Under the pieces are notes generated by a model that saw nothing but the letters and a program-made list of their open reading frames with translations, was not told the DNA's origin and made no database searches. Shown here in pieces: positions 35,017 to 44,913 of a DNA stretch of 64,000 nucleotides. Position 1 is the stretch's first letter, and each line of letters opens with the position of its first letter. The translations under genes and the position numbers were made by a program. This stretch comes from Syntrophales bacterium. GTDB taxonomy: Bacteria; Desulfobacterota; Syntrophia; Syntrophales; UBA8958. The stretch covers positions 27,174 to 91,173 of the forward strand of contig DAORXN010000007.1 of assembly GCA_035358955.1 (NCBI GenBank), written 5' to 3'.

Positions 35017-37281
35017 ATGTCGGAAGAAGCACCGCTTATCTCATTATTACAATTGCGTGAAAATGAAGAAGGCACGGTAAAAAACCTCCTGGGCGGGAAA
35101 AATTTCTCCAGCCGCCTGGCAGCCCTTGGTATTGCCCTCGATATGAAGGTAAAAGTGCTCCGAAATCAAGGCGGTCTCATCATAGTCCAGGCGGGAGACA
35201 CACGCATCGCCCTGGGAGCAGGGGAGGCGGGCAAGATCCTCGTTCAGGTTTCCGATACCGTCCAGTGTCTGGATAGGGAGTTGGAAAAAGAGACAATACT
35301 CGTGGCCCTCGCCGGGCAGCCCAATGTGGGTAAATCCACGGTGTTTAACATTCTCACCGGGCTATCTCAGCATGTAGGTAATTGGCCGGGAAAGACGGTG
35401 GAGAAGAAGGAAGGCACTTATACCTGCAGTGAGGTGGAGATGAGGATCGTGGATTTGCCCGGTACGTACAGCCTCACTTCCTTTTCGGAAGAGGAGCGTA
35501 TTGCCCGTGATTTCATCCTCCAGGAAAAACCGGACTTAATTGTCCTCATTGCCAGTGCGGCGGCCTTGGAAAGGGGGCTATATCTCCTCTCCGAGCTTCT
35601 CCTCTTAGGTCCCCCCGTGGTGGTGGCGGTAAACATGTTGGATGTGGCCGAAGCCCAGAATATCTTCGTGGATCTCGATGCCTTGCAAAATGCCCTGGGG
35701 ATACCCGTGGTGGGGATGGTGGCGACCAAGAATCGGGGTATCAACGAACTCGTCTCTCAGGTCATAGCCACGGCCAAAAGAGAGGTTCCCTACCTGCCCC
35801 GTCATCCGCGGGTGGCAGCCGATCACAGGCATGTATTTCAAGAACTATACTCCTTGCTCGAAGATTATCTGGAAGGGCCATCGAATGATGCGGGGTACCG
35901 AAGATTCCTGACGGTCAAACTCATGGAAGGGGATGGAGAAGTGTTGCACCTGGTGGAGAGGCATTTACCCCCCGAAGTGTGGGAGAAAGTAAGGGCGATA
36001 CTCATTGCCCACGAGGACTCCCTCCATGCGGTGGTAGGCGGGAGATACGAGTGGATTGCCAATATAACCCGGGCTTCCGTCTCCCGCCATAAGATGGGAC
36101 AGGTCCTGCTTACGGACCGGATTGACCAGTTTTTGACCCGACCTGTTTTCGGCATTCCTGCCCTGGTAGGGGTTTTCGCCCTGGTATTCGGCCTCACCTT
36201 TGGTTTGGGTTCTTCCCTCCAAAAAGGGATGGCATCTTTGATGAGCCTTTTAGGGCAGGGGGTTTACGAATTATTGGGTGCCTCGCCCGCGTGGATGAAA
36301 GGGCTTCTCGTTGATGGGATCATAGGCGGAGTCGGGGTGGTGCTTACCTTTATTCCCATCCTGTTCGTCTTTTTCGTGGTCCTCGCCTTTTTAGAAGACG
36401 TAGGTTACATGGCCCGCGTGGCCTTTGTGATGGACCGCTTTATGCACTTAATTGGTCTCCACGGCAAGAGTGTCCTCCCCCTCTGCTTGGGTTTTGGTTG
36501 CAATGTGCCAGCCGTCATGGGGACGAGGATCATAGAATCGGGCAAAGAGCGCCTCATGACAATTTTTCTCGCCCCCTTCGTGCCTTGCTCAGCAAGGATC
36601 ACGGTGCTTACTTTTTTAACGGCCGCCGTCTTCCCCTCCCACGCCTTTTGGGTGGCAACCGGTTTGTTTGCCCTCAACATGTTGATTTTGGGTGTGACGG
36701 GCATGGTGGCGAAGCGATTCATCCTGCGCGAAGAGGCCACCCCTTTCATCATGGAATTGCCCCTCTATCACAAGCCGGACTTAAAGACGATCGGGGTTAA
36801 CGTTTGGACAAGGCTTCTGTCTTTCTTAAAAAAGGCAGGCTCCGTCATCCTGATCGTTTCTGCTATCGTCTGGATGCTTTCCTACTTCCCCGCCGGCAAG
36901 GTGGAAGAAAGCTATCTTGCCATGTTTGGGCGTTTCATCGCGCCCTTAGGTACGCCCCTGGGACTCGATTGGCGCATGATGGCGGCGTTAATTACGAGTA
37001 TTGTGGCCAAGGAAAATGCCGTTGCCACCCTCTCCGTGCTCTACAATGTAGGTCAGGAAGGCCTTATTCGGACCCTCCCGACCTTTATGTCGCCTGCCTC
37101 CGCCCTTGCGTTTCTTGCCGTCCTTCTTCTCTTCGTGCCGTGTGCGGCAACCGTGGCGGTAATGAAGCAGGAATTCAAGGATAACAAATGGTTTATAGGT
37201 TCTCTTTTATTTATGCTCCTTACATCCTTTGCCTGCGGCGTTCTCATCTATAACGTAAGCCGCGTCCTGGGTTTGCCGTAA
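35017..37281 (+). CDS. feoB: Ferrous iron transporter, FeoA-FeoB fusion
   Basis: 754 aa. The first ~85 aa form a FeoA-like SH3 domain (..EGTVKNLLGGKNFSSRLAALGIALDMKVKVL..). Then the FeoB G-domain GQPNVGKSTVFN / DLPGTYS and the polytopic permease. Confidence 0.9.
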   Translation: MSEEAPLISLLQLRENEEGTVKNLLGGKNFSSRLAALGIALDMKVKVLRNQGGLIIVQAGDTRIALGAGEAGKILVQVSDTVQCLDRELEKETILVALAGQPNVGKSTVFNILTGLSQHVGNWPGKTVEKKEGTYTCSEVEMRIVDLPGTYSLTSFSEEERIARDFILQEKPDLIVLIASAAALERGLYLLSELLLLGPPVVVAVNMLDVAEAQNIFVDLDALQNALGIPVVGMVATKNRGINELVSQVIATAKREVPYLPRHPRVAADHRHVFQELYSLLEDYLEGPSNDAGYRRFLTVKLMEGDGEVLHLVERHLPPEVWEKVRAILIAHEDSLHAVVGGRYEWIANITRASVSRHKMGQVLLTDRIDQFLTRPVFGIPALVGVFALVFGLTFGLGSSLQKGMASLMSLLGQGVYELLGASPAWMKGLLVDGIIGGVGVVLTFIPILFVFFVVLAFLEDVGYMARVAFVMDRFMHLIGLHGKSVLPLCLGFGCNVPAVMGTRIIESGKERLMTIFLAPFVPCSARITVLTFLTAAVFPSHAFWVATGLFALNMLILGVTGMVAKRFILREEATPFIMELPLYHKPDLKTIGVNVWTRLLSFLKKAGSVILIVSAIVWMLSYFPAGKVEESYLAMFGRFIAPLGTPLGLDWRMMAALITSIVAKENAVATLSVLYNVGQEGLIRTLPTFMSPASALAFLAVLLLFVPCAATVAVMKQEFKDNKWFIGSLLFMLLTSFACGVLIYNVSRVLGLP

Positions 37282-37287
37282 TCCTTT

Positions 37288-38052
37288 TCATTCTCCTTTG
37301 AAGACGGGCTCTCTCTTTTCGAGGAAGGCGGTAAATCCCTCGATGGCGTCCTTGGATTTGGCCACCATAAAGCTACCTTCCAGCTCTACTTTGGTCCCTT
37401 CTTCCAATCCTTTCTCTATGCCGGCGTTGACGGCATTAAGCACTGCCCTTACAGCAAGAGGGGGACGCTTGGCCAGAAATTCGGCCATTTCCATGACATC
37501 CTTCATCAATTCTCCCACTTTCGAGACCCGGTCCACCAGTCCAATTTCGAGGGCTTCTTTCGCGCTCAGACGCTTGCTGAAAAGGATTAGCTCCAGGGCC
37601 TTGGATTTCCCCAATATTCTCGGCATGCGCTGCGTACCACCCCAGCCGGGAATGATGCCCAGATTGAGCTCCGTGAGGCCGATTTGCGCATTTTCTTGCA
37701 TGACGCGGAAGGTAGAGGCCATGGCGAGCTCACACCCACCCCCGAAGGCATAGCCGTTGATGGCGGCGATGACGGGTTTCGGGAAATGGTCTATCCTCGT
37801 CCATAACTGCTGCCCCTTCGGGGCTGTCTGGTCGGCCTTACCTGCATCTTTGACATCAAAACCGGCTGAGAAGCCTTTCTCGCCCGCCCCGGTAATGATG
37901 AGGACCCTTACTTCCTTGTCCGATTCCGCATCGTCGAGCACTTTCTCGATGTCGAGCAACGTGGCGAGATTGATGGAATTGGCGGGTGGACGGTTCAGGG
38001 TCATTTTGGCAATATGTCCCTGCTTTTCATAGAGGACGTTTTCAAGCTCCAT
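37288..38052 (-). CDS. Enoyl-CoA hydratase/isomerase (crotonase)
   Basis: 254 aa. GAGEKGFSAGFDV and AAINGYAFGGGCELAMA crotonase signatures. Confidence 0.9.
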   Translation of the reverse strand: MELENVLYEKQGHIAKMTLNRPPANSINLATLLDIEKVLDDAESDKEVRVLIITGAGEKGFSAGFDVKDAGKADQTAPKGQQLWTRIDHFPKPVIAAINGYAFGGGCELAMASTFRVMQENAQIGLTELNLGIIPGWGGTQRMPRILGKSKALELILFSKRLSAKEALEIGLVDRVSKVGELMKDVMEMAEFLAKRPPLAVRAVLNAVNAGIEKGLEEGTKVELEGSFMVAKSKDAIEGFTAFLEKREPVFKGE

Positions 38053-38238
38053 AACTGCAAATACCTCCTTTCTTTAATCTGACGTATTGAACTTTGCATA
38101 GTTGCAAGAAAATGTCAAAATATTCGTTGTGATAAGGAAAATCCAAAGGGTTCATCGGTGATTAGTAGCTTAGGCCATTGCAAAGTTTCTCAAGGTCTTA
38201 TAAGGCAAAATCTAAGTAACGAGTAAAAGAGGCGGGTC

Positions 38239-38853
38239 GTGACCTTAACGATTCAGGAAATATCGAGAAAATTGCTTCATCTGATGGCCCTCCTGATGCC
38301 CGCCTGTATCCTCTACCTACCCCGGGAGGCACCCTTCATCCTGGGCCTAATATTTTTTGCCATGATCTCCGTAGAGTTGATTAGATTCCGTTTTCCTTTT
38401 GCCCAGGGACTCTTCGAACGCACCTTCGTAGCCATGCTGCGCAAGGAGGAATTTAGGACCTTGACGGGGGCGACGTGGATAATTCTCTCGGCCTTTCTCT
38501 GTGCCCTTCTTTTTTCCAGGCGACCCCATATACCGTTTATGGCCCTTTCCATGTTCATCTTGGGTGACTCCGCGGCGGCCATCGTGGGTCAAAGCGTGGG
38601 TCGGGTAAGAATAGGGAAAAAGACCCTTGAGGGATCTCTTGCCTGCTTCGGCACCTGCCTATTTCTCTGCTACGTGGTGTTTCCCTTCCTCCCCGGGGTA
38701 GACACAAAAATACTCCGTTTCGGCGTCATCTGGGTAAGCTCTCTCGTTGTTACTCTGGGTGAATTGATCCCCATCCGGATAAAAGGTTACCGCCTTAACG
38801 ACAACCTTTCCGTACCCCTGATGGCTTCGTTTGCCATCTTTTTATTGGAATAA
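38239..38853 (+). CDS. CTP-dependent polyprenol/diacylglycerol kinase or cytidylyltransferase family membrane protein
   Basis: 204 aa, GTG start, multiple TM helices. GDSAAAIVGQSVGRVRIGKKTLEGSLA resembles the CdsA / dolichol-kinase family motif. Confidence 0.6.
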   Translation: MTLTIQEISRKLLHLMALLMPACILYLPREAPFILGLIFFAMISVELIRFRFPFAQGLFERTFVAMLRKEEFRTLTGATWIILSAFLCALLFSRRPHIPFMALSMFILGDSAAAIVGQSVGRVRIGKKTLEGSLACFGTCLFLCYVVFPFLPGVDTKILRFGVIWVSSLVVTLGELIPIRIKGYRLNDNLSVPLMASFAIFLLE

Positions 38854-38881
38854 AAAATGAAACAAATCGAGGGTTGGTAAT

Positions 38882-39067
38882 ATGTGGACTTGGGAGGCAA
38901 ACACCATCTTAATTATAGCGCTTTTTTGGCTCTTATGTGCCAGTGTTAGCGCCTTTCTCGCATCTAACCGGGGCAAGAACAGCCTGCTCTGGTTTGCTTT
39001 GGGTTTGCTTTTGGGTCCTTTTGCCTTTATCGGCGCTGTTTGGCCCAAAGGCAAAGGAAACGGTTGA
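38882..39067 (+). CDS. Small two-TM membrane protein, hypothetical
   Basis: 61 aa with two hydrophobic helices. GAGGG RBS-like sequence upstream. Abuts the greA stop with zero intergenic nt. Confidence 0.4.
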   Translation: MWTWEANTILIIALFWLLCASVSAFLASNRGKNSLLWFALGLLLGPFAFIGAVWPKGKGNG

Positions 39068-39550
39068 TCAATCCCCGTTATCGACAAAGATTTCTACAAT
39101 TTGGAATTCCCTTATGCCCCCCGGGGTTTGTACCTGGATTTCGTCTCCCACCTTGTGGCCTATGAGGGCCTTCCCTATGGGAGAGGTCACGGATATCATG
39201 TTGTTTCCAATATCCGATTCGAGGGGGCCCACGAGTTTGTAAGTAATGTCCTGCCCTGTGTTGAGGTCCGTAATGACCACCGAAGCGCCGAAGACGACAT
39301 GGTCTGTTTTTATATTGGTTACCTCGATAATGTCTGACGAGGCCAGCTTACTTTCCAATTCTTGAATACGGCTCTGCAAAAAGGTTTGCCTTTCCTTGGC
39401 CGCTGTGTATTCGGCATTTTCCGATAGGTCTCCGTGGGCCCTCGCGGCCTCAATATCCCGAATGTTCTCCGGGACGGCAACGGATTTCAAGTGATCGAGC
39501 TCCCTCTTAATCTTGAGGAAACCCGCTTTGGTAATAGGAATCTTTGTCAT
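39068..39550 (-). CDS. greA: Transcription elongation factor GreA
   Basis: 160 aa. N-terminal coiled coil with the acidic tip (..RAHGDLSENAEYTAAKE..) and a C-terminal globular domain. Confidence 0.95.
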   Translation of the reverse strand: MTKIPITKAGFLKIKRELDHLKSVAVPENIRDIEAARAHGDLSENAEYTAAKERQTFLQSRIQELESKLASSDIIEVTNIKTDHVVFGASVVITDLNTGQDITYKLVGPLESDIGNNMISVTSPIGKALIGHKVGDEIQVQTPGGIREFQIVEIFVDNGD

Positions 39551-39586
39551 TTCAAAACCACTTCCTTTTGTCTGGAAATTGGTGTT

Positions 39587-39615
39587 AGGCTATTAAATAA
39601 CCGAGTACCTGTCAA
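39587..39615 (-). promoter_or_regulatory. Candidate greA promoter (TTGACA-N17-TAGCCT)
   Basis: Minus-strand TTGACA at 39615-39610 and TAGCCT at 39592-39587. Back-to-back with the ilv promoter -35 across a 17-bp A/T tract. Confidence 0.4.
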
Positions 39616-39632
39616 GAATTAAAAATTTTTTC

Positions 39633-39662
39633 TTGACAAATTGAAGGCCCATCTTCTATAGG
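39633..39662 (+). promoter_or_regulatory. Candidate ilv leader promoter (TTGACA-N18-TATAGG)
   Basis: Consensus -35 at 39633-39638 and a -10-like TATAGG at 39657-39662, about 25 nt upstream of the leader ORF. Confidence 0.45.
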
Positions 39663-39687
39663 GTTTCTTAGCATGGAGATTTAGAAG

Positions 39688-39780
39688 ATGGAAAATCCAG
39701 CGGTCATAGAAAGCTTGGGATTGTTGCTTGGCGTAGTCGTAGTAGTACGTACGGGGACCGCTGCTCCGTGCTCCTCATGA
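39688..39780 (+). CDS. Putative ilv leader peptide (30 aa, Leu/Val-rich)
   Basis: ATG preceded by GGAGA. Translation MENPAVIESLGLLLGVVVVVRTGTAAPCSS has 11 of 30 residues Ile/Leu/Val, including a run of five Val codons and LxLLL. It is followed immediately by terminator hairpins and then ilvB. Confidence 0.65.
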   Translation: MENPAVIESLGLLLGVVVVVRTGTAAPCSS

Positions 39781-39793
39781 GTTAGCAGCCAGA

Positions 39794-39828
39794 GCCGCGG
39801 GCCCCTGAAACCCGCGGCTTTTCATTTT
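39794..39828 (+). terminator. Intrinsic terminator 1 (attenuator candidate)
   Basis: GCCGCGGG-CCCCTGAAA-CCCGCGGC forms a perfect 8-bp GC stem, followed by TTTTCATTTT. Confidence 0.7.
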
Positions 39829-39840
39829 CAAAAATGATAA

Positions 39841-39877
39841 GCCGCAGTCGGAATGAGACTTGCGGCTTTTTAATTTT
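39841..39877 (+). terminator. Intrinsic terminator 2 (tandem, just upstream of the ilvB RBS)
   Basis: GCCGCAGTC-GGAATGA-GAC(T)TGCGGC forms a 9-bp stem with one bulge, followed by TTTTTAATTTT. The ilvB RBS GGGAGG starts about 5 nt later. Confidence 0.65.
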
Positions 39878-39893
39878 CAAGGGAGGTAAGTAA

Positions 39894-41591
39894 ATGAAAC
39901 TAAAGGGTGCACAGATACTGATTCAGGCCTTAAAACAGGAGGGAGTGAAGGTCATATTCGGCTATCCCGGGGGGGCGGTAATTGATATCTACGACGAGCT
40001 CTATCGGGAGAACATAAAACACGTCCTCGTAAGGCACGAACAGGGTGCCGTCCATGCCGCCGATGGGTATGCCCGGGTGACAGGAAAGGTGGGATGTGTC
40101 CTTGTAACCTCCGGGCCCGGGGCTGCCAATACGGTAACAGGCATTGCCACGGCCTATATGGATTCCATCCCCCTCGTCGTCTTCACCGGACAGGTACCTA
40201 CGGCCCTCATCGGTACCGATGCCTTCCAGGAAGTGGATATCGTGGGTATTACTCGCCCGTGCACGAAACACAACTTTCTCGTGAAACGGGTGGAAGACTT
40301 GGGAAAGACGATCCATGAGGCTTTTTACATTGCCCGGACGGGGAGACCAGGGCCCGTGCTGGTGGATTTGCCCAAGGATGTGATGCAAGCAACAGGCGAC
40401 TACGAGCCCGTTTCCTTTCAAGATCATACCCCGAAGGATGTGCCCGTGCCCTCTCAAATATTTTATCTAAAAGACCTCATCGCCCAGTCTAAGCGGCCGG
40501 TACTTTTGACGGGAGGCGGTGTGATTTTAGGACGGGCGTCGGAGGAGTTGAGAAAACTGGCCCGGCGCACCTTGATTCCCGTAACCTCGACCCTCATGGG
40601 CATCGGTGCCTTCCCTGGCTCGGATCCCCTCTGGTTGGGGATGCCCGGTATGCACGGTACTTACTATGCGAATATGGCCATCAGCCACTGCGATCTCCTC
40701 ATTGCCGTTGGGTGCCGATTTGACGATCGTGTCACGGGCAAGGTGGACCACTTTGCCCCGGAAGCCAAGATCGTCCATATCGATATCGATCCTTCCTCCA
40801 TAAATAAAAACGTGATTGCCCACGTACCCATCGTGGGTGATTGCCGAACGATCCTGAAGGCGATAAACGATCGGCTTGAGGGCGATAACTTCACTGTCAG
40901 CGAAACGAATAGACGGGAATGGTTCGAACAGATTGCAGCCTGGAAAAAGGAGAACCCCCTTTCTTACTGCCAAAGCGAGGAGGTGATAAAACCCCAGTTC
41001 GTGGTGGAAAAACTTTACGAACTCACCCAGGGGAAGGCCATCATCACTACGGAGGTCGGACAGAATCAGATGTGGGCGGCCCAGTTTTACCTGTTTGACG
41101 AACCGAACACATTAATCACCTCCGGTGGACTTGGTACGATGGGATATGGATTTCCGGCCGCTATCGGTGCGCAAACAGCCTTTCCCGATCGGTTGGTGAT
41201 CGATATAGCCGGGGATGGGAGTATTCAGATGAACATTCAGGAGATGGCCACGGCCATACAGGAAATGCTACCCGTAAAGATAGTGCTTCTCAACAACGGT
41301 TATCTGGGCATGGTGAGGCAGTGGCAACAGTTATTCTATGACAGGCGCTATTCCCAGACGGACATGACCTATCAGCCTGATTTCGTCAGATTGGCCGAAG
41401 CTTACGGATTCCTGGGGCTCAGGGCGGTAAAGCCGGAAGAAGTGGAATCGGTTTTGAAGAAGGGTTTATCTCACCCGGGACCGGTGCTCATGGATTTCCA
41501 CGTGGCCCGCGAGGAGTGTGTTTACCCCATGGTGCGACCCGGTGCCCCCATCCACGAAATGACATTGGGTGGGCGTGAAATGACCAATTAG
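39894..41591 (+). CDS. ilvB: Acetolactate synthase (acetohydroxyacid synthase) large subunit
   Basis: 565 aa. ThDP-binding motif [13 protein letters not shown]...NNGYLGMV and [16 protein letters not shown]. Confidence 0.95.
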   Translation: MKLKGAQILIQALKQEGVKVIFGYPGGAVIDIYDELYRENIKHVLVRHEQGAVHAADGYARVTGKVGCVLVTSGPGAANTVTGIATAYMDSIPLVVFTGQVPTALIGTDAFQEVDIVGITRPCTKHNFLVKRVEDLGKTIHEAFYIARTGRPGPVLVDLPKDVMQATGDYEPVSFQDHTPKDVPVPSQIFYLKDLIAQSKRPVLLTGGGVILGRASEELRKLARRTLIPVTSTLMGIGAFPGSDPLWLGMPGMHGTYYANMAISHCDLLIAVGCRFDDRVTGKVDHFAPEAKIVHIDIDPSSINKNVIAHVPIVGDCRTILKAINDRLEGDNFTVSETNRREWFEQIAAWKKENPLSYCQSEEVIKPQFVVEKLYELTQGKAIITTEVGQNQMWAAQFYLFDEPNTLITSGGLGTMGYGFPAAIGAQTAFPDRLVIDIAGDGSIQMNIQEMATAIQEMLPVKIVLLNNGYLGMVRQWQQLFYDRRYSQTDMTYQPDFVRLAEAYGFLGLRAVKPEEVESVLKKGLSHPGPVLMDFHVAREECVYPMVRPGAPIHEMTLGGREMTN

Positions 41592-41613
41592 CCTTTAAGG
41601 AGGTAGGAAAATA

Positions 41614-42096
41614 ATGGAAAAGAAAGAATATACCCTATCGCTTCTCGTGAACAACAAACCCGATGTTCTCGCCCGGGTGGCAGGCGTCTTGGGTGGACGG
41701 GGTTACAACATCGAGACCCTCTGTGTGGATGCGACCTTGGATCCCCGGTACTCGAAGATTGTCTTGACCACCATCCAGGACAAGAGCACGATCAATAAAA
41801 TAGAAAAACAGCTCATCAAGCTACACGACGTGCATAAGGTGACGGATATTACGGAGACGGGTGCCGTTTCCCGGGAGCTTTTGCTTGTTCGTATGAGGTT
41901 GACGGAGCACAACAAGGCTGATATAGCCCTCATTATCAATTCCTATAACGGGCGCGTTGTAACCATGAACGGTGATCACTGCGTTATAGAGATAACGGGT
42001 GAGAAGGCATTTTTAGAGAGGGCAATCGAGAGTTTGAAGCCCCTGGGAATAGAGGATTCGGCCAGAACGGGCATTGTGGCCCTGGAGAGATATTAA
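41614..42096 (+). CDS. ilvN: Acetolactate synthase small (regulatory) subunit
   Basis: 160 aa. N-terminal ACT domain (YTLSLLVNNKPDVLARVAGVLGGRGYNIETL). Confidence 0.9.
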   Translation: MEKKEYTLSLLVNNKPDVLARVAGVLGGRGYNIETLCVDATLDPRYSKIVLTTIQDKSTINKIEKQLIKLHDVHKVTDITETGAVSRELLLVRMRLTEHNKADIALIINSYNGRVVTMNGDHCVIEITGEKAFLERAIESLKPLGIEDSARTGIVALERY

Positions 42097-42120
42097 TTTT
42101 TTTTAAGGAGGAAAGGAATC

Positions 42121-43173
42121 ATGGCAAAACTGAACATAGGAGGGATCGTAGAGGAGGTCATCACGGCCGACGAATTTACCCTGGATAAGGCAAGAGAAGT
42201 GCTTAAGGACGAGATTGTGGCCGTAGTCGGCTACGGTGTTCAGGGGAGAGGGCAGGCACTGAACATGAAGGATAACAGGATTCGCGTGATCGTAGGGGAA
42301 GGTGATTACAATTGGAAAAAGGCGATGGAAGAAGGATTCGTGCCCGGTGAAACCCTTTTTCCTCCCATCGAGGCCGCACGTCGAGGCACCATCGTCATGT
42401 ATCTTCTTAATGACGCCATGCAAAAGGAATACTGGCCAGAGCTCAAACCCACCCTTACGGCCGGGAAAGCCCTCTACTTCTCCCACGGCTTTTCCATCGT
42501 CTACAAGGACCAAACGGGGGTCATACCGCCCCCCGATATCGACGTGATCATGGTGGCTCCTAAGGGAGCGGGAAGGACGGTGAGGGATAACTTCCTGGCG
42601 GGCAGCGGAATCAATTCCAGCTATGCCGTATATCAGGATGCGACGGGACGCGCTTTGGAGAGGACGCTTGCTGTCGGTATTGCCATTGGATCGGGGTATC
42701 TCTTCCCTACCACCTTTGAGAAGGAAGTTTACAGCGACCTCACGGGTGAGAGGGGGGTATTGATGGGGTGTCTTGCCGGAGTGATGGAGGCTCAGTACAA
42801 CGAGCTTAGGCGTCGGGGGCACAGCCCCAGTGAGGCCTTTAATGAAACGGTGGAGGAGTTGACCCAGAGCCTCATGCCCCTGGTGGCGGAAAACGGCATG
42901 GATTGGATGTTCGCCAATTGTAGTACCACGGCTCAAAGGGGTGCCCTCGACTGGCGTCACCGTTTCCGTGCGGCGGTGGAGCCTGTCTTTAGGGAGCTTT
43001 ACGATAGCGTAGCTTCCGGCAAGGAGACGGAAATCGTCCTCAAAGCGGGCAGCGCTCCCAACTACCGCGATGTGCTGAAGAAAGAATTGGAAGAGATGCG
43101 CATGAGTGAAATGTGGCAGGCAGGCGCGGTCTTGAGGGCGTTGAGACCCGAAAGAAGGGCAAAGAAGCAGTAA
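42121..43173 (+). CDS. ilvC: Ketol-acid reductoisomerase
   Basis: 350 aa. NADPH-binding VVGYGVQGRGQALNMKDN and conserved C-terminal knotted-domain motifs. Confidence 0.95.
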   Translation: MAKLNIGGIVEEVITADEFTLDKAREVLKDEIVAVVGYGVQGRGQALNMKDNRIRVIVGEGDYNWKKAMEEGFVPGETLFPPIEAARRGTIVMYLLNDAMQKEYWPELKPTLTAGKALYFSHGFSIVYKDQTGVIPPPDIDVIMVAPKGAGRTVRDNFLAGSGINSSYAVYQDATGRALERTLAVGIAIGSGYLFPTTFEKEVYSDLTGERGVLMGCLAGVMEAQYNELRRRGHSPSEAFNETVEELTQSLMPLVAENGMDWMFANCSTTAQRGALDWRHRFRAAVEPVFRELYDSVASGKETEIVLKAGSAPNYRDVLKKELEEMRMSEMWQAGAVLRALRPERRAKKQ

Positions 43174-43196
43174 GTAAAATAGGGCAAATTTACCAG

Positions 43197-43219
43197 GCCC
43201 CGCCCTTGAAAGGCGGGGC
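43197..43219 (+). other. Intercistronic GC hairpin between ilvC and ilvD
   Basis: GCCCCGCC-CTTGAAA-GGCGGGGC forms a perfect 8-bp stem. It is followed only by a weak T-rich stretch (TCTTACTATTT), so it is more likely an mRNA stabiliser or partial terminator than a full terminator. Confidence 0.35.
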
Positions 43220-43251
43220 TCTTACTATTTCGAGGGAGGGAGGTATTTCCT

Positions 43252-44913
43252 ATGCGCAGCGATTTGATGAAGCAGGGGTTGGAGCGGGCACCCCATCGCT
43301 CCCTGTTCAAGGCGATGGGCTATACGGATGAAGAATTGGAAAGGCCCATTATTGGCGTGGTTAATTCGGCCAACGAAATAATCCCCGGTCACATTCATCT
43401 CAACACCATTGCGGCCGAGGTGAAGGCGGGTATCAGGATGGCAGGGGGCACGCCGGTGGAGTTCTCTGTGATCGGTATCTGTGACGGTATTGCCATGGGG
43501 CATACGGGCATGAAGTATTCTCTGGCGAGCCGTGAACTCATTGCCGATTCCATCGAATCCATGGTCATGGCCCACCCCTTTGATGCCCTCGTCATGATTC
43601 CCAACTGTGACAAGATCATCCCCGGCATGCTCATGGCGGCCATGAGGTTGAACATCCCCACCGTATTTGTGAGCGGTGGCCCCATGCTGGCTGGCAAGTA
43701 TGAAGGGGAAACGATCGACCTCATTTCCGTCTTCGAAGGGGTAGGGGCGGTTAAGGCGGGCAAGATGAGCGAGAAGAAACTGAAGATGATCGAAGATTAC
43801 GCTTGCCCCGGTTGCGGTTCCTGCTCCGGGATGTACACGGCCAATTCCATGAATTGCATGACGGAAGCCTTGGGTTTAGGACTACCCGGCAACGGGACGG
43901 TTCTCGCCGTTTCTGCCGCTCGGAGGCGGATGGCAAAGAAGGCGGGTATGCAGGTCATGACCGTGCTCAAGAAAAACCTCAAGCCCAGGGATATCGCTAC
44001 CCTGCAAGCATTCAAAAATGCCATCGCTGTTGATATGGCTCTCGGTTGCTCGACCAATACCGTTCTTCATCTGCCGGCCATTGCCCATGAGGCGGGCATC
44101 AAGCTGGACCTTGACCTCTTCAATGAAATCAGCGCCCAGGTGCCCAACCTGTGCAAATTGAGCCCAGCGGGGAAGCATCACATAGAGGACCTCGATGCAG
44201 CCGGGGGAATTCAGGCGGTCATGAAGCGCATTTCCACCCTGGGGGTCCTCGATTTGAAAGCCATGACGGTGACCGGGAAAACGGTAGGGGAGAATATAAA
44301 AACGGCCAGGGTCCTGGATGATAACGTGATCAGACCCCTTAATGACCCTTACGGGCAGGAAGGGGGATTGGCCATCCTTCGCGGAAATCTGGCCCCCGAT
44401 GGGGCGGTTGTAAAACAATCGGCCGTTGCGAAGAATATGTTGGTAAATGAAGGACCGGCCCGGGTGTTCGACTCCGAGGAGGAGGCCATCGAGGCCATTT
44501 TAGGGGGCAAGATAAAACCGGGGGATGTGGTGGTCATCCGATACGAGGGGCCTAAAGGTGGGCCCGGGATGAGGGAGATGCTTTCCCCTACCTCTGCCCT
44601 CGCCGGTATGGGATTGGATACGAGTGTGGCTCTTCTGACCGATGGGAGATTCAGTGGGGGTAGCCGGGGGGCCGCCATCGGTCACATCTCGCCGGAGGCG
44701 GCAGAAGGTGGACCCATTGCCCTGGTGAAAGAGGGGGATATAATCGCCATCGATATCCCTAAGAAGCGGATTACCCTGAAGGTATCGGCGGAGGAACTGA
44801 AAAAGCGTAAGAAAGAATTAAAACCCTGGACGCCCAAGATTACTACGGGCTACCTCGCCCGGTATGCCCAGCTCGTGACTTCGGCCAGCACGGGGGCCGT
44901 CTTCAAGGATTAA
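43252..44913 (+). CDS. ilvD: Dihydroxy-acid dehydratase
   Basis: 553 aa. Fe-S ligand regions [12 protein letters not shown] and [16 protein letters not shown], plus the C-terminal [16 protein letters not shown] motif. Confidence 0.95.
   Translation: MRSDLMKQGLERAPHRSLFKAMGYTDEELERPIIGVVNSANEIIPGHIHLNTIAAEVKAGIRMAGGTPVEFSVIGICDGIAMGHTGMKYSLASRELIADSIESMVMAHPFDALVMIPNCDKIIPGMLMAAMRLNIPTVFVSGGPMLAGKYEGETIDLISVFEGVGAVKAGKMSEKKLKMIEDYACPGCGSCSGMYTANSMNCMTEALGLGLPGNGTVLAVSAARRRMAKKAGMQVMTVLKKNLKPRDIATLQAFKNAIAVDMALGCSTNTVLHLPAIAHEAGIKLDLDLFNEISAQVPNLCKLSPAGKHHIEDLDAAGGIQAVMKRISTLGVLDLKAMTVTGKTVGENIKTARVLDDNVIRPLNDPYGQEGGLAILRGNLAPDGAVVKQSAVAKNMLVNEGPARVFDSEEEAIEAILGGKIKPGDVVVIRYEGPKGGPGMREMLSPTSALAGMGLDTSVALLTDGRFSGGSRGAAIGHISPEAAEGGPIALVKEGDIIAIDIPKKRITLKVSAEELKKRKKELKPWTPKITTGYLARYAQLVTSASTGAVFKD

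Noticed and set aside
38094-38107. TTGCATAGTTGCAA inverted repeat in the crotonase / kinase-family divergent region, considered as an operator or sigma-54 -12 element.
   Set aside because: The arms are only 5 bp, no matching -24 GG lies at the right spacing, and nothing else supports it.
39673-39684. Mini-ORF ATG GAG ATT TAG just upstream of the ilv leader peptide.
   Set aside because: It has only three codons and no SD, and it overlaps the SD of the 30-codon leader ORF. The longer Leu/Val-rich ORF is the better regulatory candidate.
42103-42960. 285-aa minus-strand ORF antisense to ilvC. Similar long antisense ORFs occur at 34108-34863, 56778-57359, 57846-58625, 39930-40457 and 4320-5036.
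   Set aside because: All lie inside strongly supported genes on the other strand and show no start context or motifs.
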